This document shows, piece after piece, positions 57,941-64,000 of a stretch of DNA of 64,000 bases. A program made the position numbers and the translations under genes. The number at the start of each line of letters is the position of its first letter. Position 1 is the stretch's first letter. The stretch is from a virus: positions 32,001 to 96,000 of the IMG/VR virus record IMGVR_UViG_3300041964_000014; one strand, given 5' to 3'. The notes under the pieces are model-generated. The model was not told where the DNA came from and did not search any database. It saw nothing but the letters and a program-made list of their open reading frames with translations.

Positions 57941-58042
57941 TACTATTTATTTCGGACTAAAATGCAGTAAAGTATCTTACTAACTGAGCTATCAAAGTAT
58001 CTATAATTTGTTACAGTAAATTATCTACAGTAAATACTAACG

Positions 58043-61000
58043 ATGGACTTATTATCACAAGAGAGTTACCTAAAGTACTATCAGTTAATCAATCCGCAGT
58101 ATATTAGCTGGGACTTTTATTCGCAGTATTTAGACAAAGAACCCCCATTTGGTGAGTTAGGGGCAATTGTATTCCTACGTACATACAGTCGATTTGTGCT
58201 TGAACTCAAGCGACGCGAGAAGTTTGCCGAGACTTGTTTACGTGTTGTGGAATACAGTTTATCGCTAGATACTGTTAGCGATACTTACGCTCTCCGGGAG
58301 GAAGCCGAGCAGTTATTTGATTGTTTATTTAGTTTACGGGGATTTGCTTCGGGACGCTCGTATTGGGTAGCCGGAACTGAGCAAACAAAACGATGTGGTT
58401 CTGCTACGTGGAATTGTTGCTTCCGTACAATGGATAGCATCTCCGCTTTTAGTGAAGTATTTTATTGGTTGCTACTAGGTGCTGGTGTTGGTTTCTCTGT
58501 AGAGAATAAGTATGTCAGCAAGCTGCCTACGTTTAATACTCAAGTAGAAATTAAACATACCCCATACATTTTTAATCAAAGTTATTACCCTAATACTCTT
58601 ATTTATCCCAATGAATCTCGGCTGGATGGCTATACTCTTACAGATACTGATCTAGTTGTTTCGGACGCAGAGTTTCTCCAACATTGGGGATTTCAGGATG
58701 AAGAACACTTTACCGTAATAGTTGGAGATAGTAAAGAAGGCTGGTGTACAGCTTTAAGAGTGTTATTGTATTTACTTACACTACCCAACACTAAGTCAAT
58801 AACATTTAACTATAATAACGTTCGCCCTAAAGGAGAACGTATTAAAGTATTTGGTGGACGTGCTAGTGGTCATCAGAATCTACAAGATGTATTGCAACGT
58901 ACTCACGACATTGTTTGCGAGAGTAAAGGTAAGCTTAATTCTCTTAACGTACTAGATGAAGTTAATACTATAGGTGTTGGAGTAGTTAGTGGCGGTGTTC
59001 GTCGTACTGCTGAAATTGCGTTAGGGGATGCGGATGATACTTATTTTATTGAAGCCAAACAAGATTTATGGACTGATGAGTCAAAGGCTAAGTATAGGAA
59101 TATTCGAGTTATGTCTAATAATTCAGTAGTTTTCTATGAAAATCCTGGACTTGAAAAGATACGTGAAATTGTACGTAGAATTCAAACCAATGGTGAACCG
59201 GGCTTTTCTATTGTAGGCAATGCTCAAAAACATGATCCTAATATAAAGGGTTTCAATCCCTGCCATGAAGCCAGTCTTGATTCTCATCAATCCTGCAATT
59301 TAGTGACCGAGAATCTAGTAGCTCATATCTTTGATGGACTACTTGACTATGCTTTATTACAAGATACTTTACGCTTGATTACTCGTGTTGCGTGTCGTCA
59401 AACTACAGCTAGTCAGTGGCATCCACAATGGGACGCAGTACAAAAACGAGACAGACTAATCGGTGTATCGATGACTGGAGTTGAGGATGCGTTTGATATT
59501 CTAAACTGGGGCGATGAACAAAAAGCTGATTTCTACAACTGGGCAGCAGATATTGTGCGGGATGAGGCAGATAAGTACAACGCTCATCTAGGTATTGAGA
59601 AATCTAAGCGGGTTACTTTGGTTAAACCTGAAGGCTGTGAAGTAATTGAGAGTTTGCGAGTCTTTAACGAAGGTATCCTTCGCATAGATGAAATAGACTC
59701 CAATATATCTAATAAAACGGGATTTTACAAAAATACTGTTTCTTTGACAACAACACACTGGAATGATAAGGTTAGTAGCTTATTTAATAATGGGTTATCT
59801 GATATTGCAGAAATTACTCTAAATAATGGTCGCAAGTTGAAGACAACAGTCGAGCATCGATTTCATGTGCAAGGAACATGGAAACGGGTTTTAGATCTAA
59901 CTATAGGGGATGTATTAGATGTAGAATTAGGTAGTTATCAAAATAAAAACAATACCCCAATGTATGTTCCTACTAATGGAACAGGACTTAAGAAGGTTTC
60001 TCTACCTACACGAATGTCAGAACCTTTAGCTTGGTTTTTAGCTGCTATTTACGCAAATGGCAGCACTTCTACAAGGGGATATGTAGATTTCTGTAGTGGA
60101 CATTTGTTAGTTTGCACTAAATTCAAACAGATCGTTAAGCAATTATTCGGGGTAAATGTAGAGTTCAAAAAAGACTCTATAAAGGATATGTATCGCACTC
60201 GTATTAATTCTGTCGATATTTGGCAATATTTGAAAGAAAATAACTGTTTAAAAAGCGATCAGTTTGATCGTGTACCGCTTGTTGTAAGAAAGTCTAGTCG
60301 TCAGAGTGTATTAGCTTTTGTGGCAGGCTATCTAGACACCGATGGCTGTTTTAAAAATAAAACTTGCGCGATTACATCCACGAAACTAGACTTTGCCCGA
60401 AATCTACAAGAAGTGTGCGAAGCCGTTGGATTATCATTCAGTGCTTACGAAACTAAACGAGAAACTACAAAAGGAGAATGTCATTATATAGATTTGCAGT
60501 TATCCCGTACTTTTAGCACTAAAGATGCAATTGATTATATTAATCAAAACTGCATCAAGGCACAGGAGCATCCAATCCTTTACTCCAGTAAATCACATAA
60601 AAATCCCTATAAAGTAAAATCTATTACTTTACTGGATAACCTTGAAATGACTTATGATATCGAAGTAGAAAATTCACACTGTTACCTAAATGGGGGAATT
60701 AAATCGCATAACACATTAAGTCAATTGCCCACAGTATCGAGTGGTATTGGTAAAGCTTATGCCCCCTATTATCTTCGCCGTATAAGATTTTCTAGTCTCG
60801 ATCCACTAGCATTAGCACTGTATCAGCAAGGTGTGCCTGTAGTACCTGAGAATGGTCAGGGAGACGATTTATTTAGCGAAAAGTGCAATACATGGGTATT
60901 TACTTTCCCAATAAAAACAAACGCTAAGATCCGTGCTATTGATGAACCTATTGAGGAGCAATTTAAGCGGTACTTGCTGGTACAAAACACATATGTGCGC

Positions 61001-61317
61001 GAAGGTTATAATGCGTCTAACACAATGACAGTAGCTCCGATGAGTGGGACAAAGCCGCTGAATTAGTGCATGAACATTGGGGTTCAATTATTGGTATTAC
61101 TTTTCTACCCCGTTTTGATCCACGAGAAGGAGGTAAAGCTGCTTATCCTAATATGCCGTATGAGCCTTGCGAAGAACACGAGTATATCGAGTACTCGAAA
61201 CAACTACCTAAGTTAACTGAAAATGATTTAATAAGGTTAGTAGCAAGCTTTGAACAACAAGCAGAAGAACAAACTTTAGACGATGCTTGTTCGACAGGTG
61301 CGTGCCCCGTCCGCTGA
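58043..61317 (+). CDS. nrdJ: class II (AdoCbl-dependent, RTPR-type) ribonucleotide reductase with intein; one-base frameshift near 61037
   Basis: RTYSR, WNC, GAGVGFS, VGDSKEGW, FGGRASG, GGVRRTAEI, NGEPG, FNPCHE, VKPEG/TLSQL, terminal CSTGACPVR. Confidence 0.92.
59636..60712 (+). mobile_element. intein with LAGLIDADG homing endonuclease (359 aa)
   Basis: KPEG|CEVIES...TYDIEV..SHCY..GGIKSHN|TLSQL; LAWFLAAIYANG and FVAGYLDTDG blocks. Confidence 0.92.
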
Positions 61318-61533
61318 GGGTAGTTAAAGATAACTAAAACAATGCAGCTTAAGTACCCTACTATTTAAGCTGCTTACTACTACTAAACTAATATGCTTAT
61401 TACTAAAGACAATTTAGAGTTAGGTAGATTAGAACAGTTATTAAACTCGCCTAATCTTAGTAGTGCAGACATTAGAAGGATTAATAGATTAATAAGGCTA
61501 ATTAAGGAAGCAGAATCTGAGTGATTATTACTT

Positions 61534-61893
61534 ATGCTATTATCCGAAGCTTTTAATACCCTTAACACTGTAGACTTCTTAGAACTAGTAAATAAGGTTA
61601 TTACTAGCAATCAATTAGCTGTCGCAGATATAGACACATTAATAGTTTATAAATTAAGAAAGCTATGGATAGAGCATAATAGTATGGATAAGTATCCTTG
61701 TTCTAGTAATGTTTATACAAATACTACTAATAACACTACTAGTACTACTAGGATATTTTACGACAGTAAGGAAGCTAGTACTTATTTACAAGATGCAATA
61801 GTTGAACTAACTAAATTGGGTTATGTATTTGTAGCTCACAAAGTAGACACTATTGGCAAGAAATTTATAGTTAGTTATACAGTTACTAAATAA
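61534..61893 (+). CDS. hypothetical protein
   Basis: ORF. Confidence 0.55.
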   Translation: MLLSEAFNTLNTVDFLELVNKVITSNQLAVADIDTLIVYKLRKLWIEHNSMDKYPCSSNVYTNTTNNTTSTTRIFYDSKEASTYLQDAIVELTKLGYVFVAHKVDTIGKKFIVSYTVTK

Positions 61894-61894
61894 T

Positions 61895-62527
61895 ATGCGA
61901 TTAACTAGTTTACGTACCCGTAAAGGTAACTCCGGTTTTACCGAGCTAATTAAAGGTAACAGAGTACCTAAAAGCGATCAACTTTGCTTTATTAACAACG
62001 GTATTCAACGAGCAGCTACACGGGCTAACTTACTTAACAAAGAATACAACTTTCTGCATAAGGAGGATGCCGAGTTAATTGGCAAGTTGGTAAACCCTGA
62101 GTTAGGTAAACTTATTGCTAGCTTATGGGCGAAGTTAGAACTAAATGAAATGGCTCCACAACTATCTTTACTTGAATCATTTGAAGCAAGACTGTCCGAA
62201 ATAAATAAGGGGTTTAAGTCAGAGCATGAGTTTGTGGTATTCCATAGTGTCCCAGCGCTGAAATTTTATATGGTGACTCTGGATATCCGCGATGTAGAAC
62301 ACTTTGCATGGTGCATCATACATCGCTTCTATGGATATGCTGAGGAAAACTTCAGTGACGAGGTACAGATCACAGGATCGTTTTATAACTTGCTGGGTGA
62401 TTACTTTTTCAATGTATGTCGTTTGATAGAAAAAGATCATTACGGTAAGGTAGAGTACTGGCAAAACCCGCTAACAAACAATCCCCTTATTATTTCGGAC
62501 GCATCTTCCAGCTCCGAGGAACTATAA
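61895..62527 (+). CDS. PduO-type cob(I)alamin adenosyltransferase-like protein (divergent)
   Basis: TRKGNSGFTELIKGNRVPKSD resembles T(R/K)xGDxGxTxL..G.RV.K; FYNLLGDYFFNVCR resembles LNRLSDYLF..AR. Confidence 0.65.
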   Translation: MRLTSLRTRKGNSGFTELIKGNRVPKSDQLCFINNGIQRAATRANLLNKEYNFLHKEDAELIGKLVNPELGKLIASLWAKLELNEMAPQLSLLESFEARLSEINKGFKSEHEFVVFHSVPALKFYMVTLDIRDVEHFAWCIIHRFYGYAEENFSDEVQITGSFYNLLGDYFFNVCRLIEKDHYGKVEYWQNPLTNNPLIISDASSSSEEL

Positions 62528-62554
62528 TATAACCAGTGAAGCGGAGGGACAACG

Positions 62555-63034
62555 ATGGACAGTTTTAGTCAGTTACTTATAATACTTGGTAAGCTAGTGG
62601 CTGAAGCTGAAGATCGAACAGCTCTACGTATACGAACTCTTTTGTCAAAACCACCATTTAATTACGTACCAGAAGGAAATATGTCAGCAAAACTTGGCGA
62701 TACACTTACCTTGCTTGAGCAGTTGGCTGAAAAGTTAGTTGCAGAAGAAGTTCAGGAAGACGAAGCAGCTAAAGCGCAGGTTCAAGATCTGCAAAAGCAG
62801 ATTGAAAAATTGTCAGCTGAGGCTGTAACTGAGCAACAAATGGCACGTCTGGATGCTTTGCGTGACCAGCTAGCAGCTATGCTACCCGCAGACTCTGTAA
62901 CTCCCCCTATTGCAGAAGTTCCGCCTGTAGATGAGCCTGTAAACCCTCCAGACGTGGATGTTCCTCCGGCTATTCCTGGTAATCCTACTGAAGAATCCCC
63001 AGTCGAAGCTCCTCCAGGGATTATCAACGAGTAA
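62555..63034 (+). CDS. coiled-coil protein with Pro/acidic tail
   Basis: ORF followed by terminator gccccaga/tctggggc-tttt at ~63060-63085. Confidence 0.6.
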   Translation: MDSFSQLLIILGKLVAEAEDRTALRIRTLLSKPPFNYVPEGNMSAKLGDTLTLLEQLAEKLVAEEVQEDEAAKAQVQDLQKQIEKLSAEAVTEQQMARLDALRDQLAAMLPADSVTPPIAEVPPVDEPVNPPDVDVPPAIPGNPTEESPVEAPPGIINE

Positions 63035-63092
63035 TCTCGGCAGCGCACACAACACATTTGCCCCAGACTAAGTTCTGGGGCTTTTAATTTAT

Positions 63093-63569
63093 ATGTTTAG
63101 GTGTACTATGCAAGAAGAACTAGGTTTGGCTATATCGGATGTTCAATCGACTATAGATCGTCAACCTTATGTAAATCAATTAACTTTACCACAACGACAA
63201 TTGATTGGACTACTAGGGTTAGTTGAAGAAGCGAATGAAGTAGCGGAGGTTTTATTTAACAACTTAGACATCTTTGCTACACAAGATGAAGGGTATAGTA
63301 CATCGGAAAGACTACAAACGCTATTAGAGTTAAGTATAACTACTGGTAAAGAGTTAGGAGTCTTTAAGAAAAGACTACTTAGTGAAAGTCTACATATTAA
63401 CGTAGTTAATCGATATACTTATCGACAGTATCAGGATAATGTACAAGAAGGGTGTTTTAATGTTTTATATTACTGGTTATTAATTACTGACACTAATTCT
63501 ATTGATTTAGTAACTCTGCTAAAAACCGGATTAAGTAAGGTTAAACGACGAGATCCTAATGTCCGCTAA
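63093..63569 (+). CDS. MazG-like NTP pyrophosphatase fold protein
   Basis: LLGLVEEANEVAE...EG.FNVLYY...KVKRR. Confidence 0.5.
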   Translation: MFRCTMQEELGLAISDVQSTIDRQPYVNQLTLPQRQLIGLLGLVEEANEVAEVLFNNLDIFATQDEGYSTSERLQTLLELSITTGKELGVFKKRLLSESLHINVVNRYTYRQYQDNVQEGCFNVLYYWLLITDTNSIDLVTLLKTGLSKVKRRDPNVR

Positions 63570-63741
63570 TATTGAATACAACTTAAAGCAGTTAATTCTA
63601 GAGTACATAAGACTTATTCAACTACCGGAATTAACTGAAGAAGAAGAAGAGTCATTGAACAGTATTTTAATACTGGCTAAAACCGACTACTTACTTCAAG
63701 CTTATATTAACGTAGCTAAAAAACATTACCCTACAAACTAG
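63559..63741 (+). CDS. hypothetical protein
   Basis: overlapping ORF. Confidence 0.5.
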   Translation: MSANIEYNLKQLILEYIRLIQLPELTEEEEESLNSILILAKTDYLLQAYINVAKKHYPTN

Positions 63742-63748
63742 ATAAACT

Positions 63749-64000
63749 ATGAACCTTATTGAACTGGAAATCAAAGCACTAGCTAATAATTTTGATATTG
63801 CTAAATTAGAGGCTTTAGAATACTATGTTTACTCGCGGGAAAAACAACTCAATCATTACTTTGCTTACGATAACCCCGATAGTTTAAATAATTTATTAGA
63901 AGCAGTAAAACAGTTTGTGGGTTTATCTACTTACGAGGAGCTACGTACTGCGTTTACTACAAAAAAAGTAAGTGTGCGTACTCGTGAAGTAACTGATATT
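63749..64000 (+). CDS. partial hypothetical protein running off the window
   Basis: ATG 63749, open to the end. Confidence 0.55.
   Translation, partial: MNLIELEIKALANNFDIAKLEALEYYVYSREKQLNHYFAYDNPDSLNNLLEAVKQFVGLSTYEELRTAFTTKKVSVRTREVTDI

Larger units (their letters stand above)
1835..62500. repeat. dispersed motif GTCCGAAA(T/C)AA(A)TAAG, about 60 copies
   Basis: counted by eye: about 31 forward and 29 reverse copies of the 8-bp core, mostly with the AT-rich extension. Confidence 0.95.

Noticed and set aside
895-61040. Many split genes (~897, ~1645, ~10600, ~12040, ~12306, 41620-42070, ~48934, ~55665, ~61037) as programmed frameshifts or pseudogenes
   Set aside because: Most are repaired by adding one base, often in short homopolymers, and they hit essential genes (protease, polymerase, RNR). 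This is typical of long-read consensus error; read-level checking is needed.
1835-62500. Motif as a CRISPR repeat or mini-array
   Set aside because: Copies are dispersed, in both orientations, only ~15 bp and lack regular spacers; no cas genes (44201 is an ordinary phage exonuclease in an SSB/Sak4 context).
1835-62500. Motif as a phage-specific promoter
   Set aside because: No strand bias relative to transcription and frequent occurrence deep within coding sequences.
18764-63057. Minus-strand ORFs overlapping plus-strand genes on the right arm (e.g. 19350..19820, 27584..28102, 44290..44700, 48225..48587, 62782..63057)
   Set aside because: Shadow ORFs of well-supported genes.
1-64000. Alternative genetic code, tRNAs, integrase, major capsid or portal genes
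   Set aside because: All three stop codons terminate well-formed genes; I recognised no tRNA cloverleaf, integrase, capsid or portal in this window.

Overview
This is a 64-kb piece of a large, AT-rich (roughly 35-40% GC by eye) tailed dsDNA phage genome. The host is most likely a freshwater or terrestrial cyanobacterium, inferred from an NblA-like gene, a cyanobacterial-type HigA domain, UvsE and cyanophage-type hypotheticals. The left part (1-18.0 kb, mostly minus strand) is a head/packaging module: Mu gpI-like prohead protease, giant MuF-like minor head protein, terminase subunits, and a family of very basic Gly/Ala-rich proteins sharing an N-terminal leader ending x-x-F|ARKKGSKDKKKR. The right part (18.3-64 kb, plus strand) holds early/middle genes: many small ORFs, at least 7 antirepressor-type proteins, a Sak4-like ATPase, SSB, exonuclease, primase, helicase, a family A DNA polymerase with an atypical active site, and an intein-containing class II RNR followed by PduO-like and MazG-like genes. 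Four observations stand out. (1) A complete phage-encoded ubiquitin-like conjugation cassette (2 Ubl + JAB + E2 + E1, 34.85-39.0 kb). (2) A ~15-bp motif GTCCGAAA(T/C)AA(A)TAAG with about 60 copies counted by eye, on both strands, inside genes and as inverted pairs, behaving like a DNA-uptake-sequence-type genomic signature. (3) The leader-tagged putative capsid cargo family, which includes a hydrolase and a GNAT. (4) Three antitoxin domains lacking DNA-binding domains (one HigA-like, two HicB-like). Several genes are split by single-base deletions, which I treat as probable sequencing errors. All family calls come from motif recognition by eye, not database searches.
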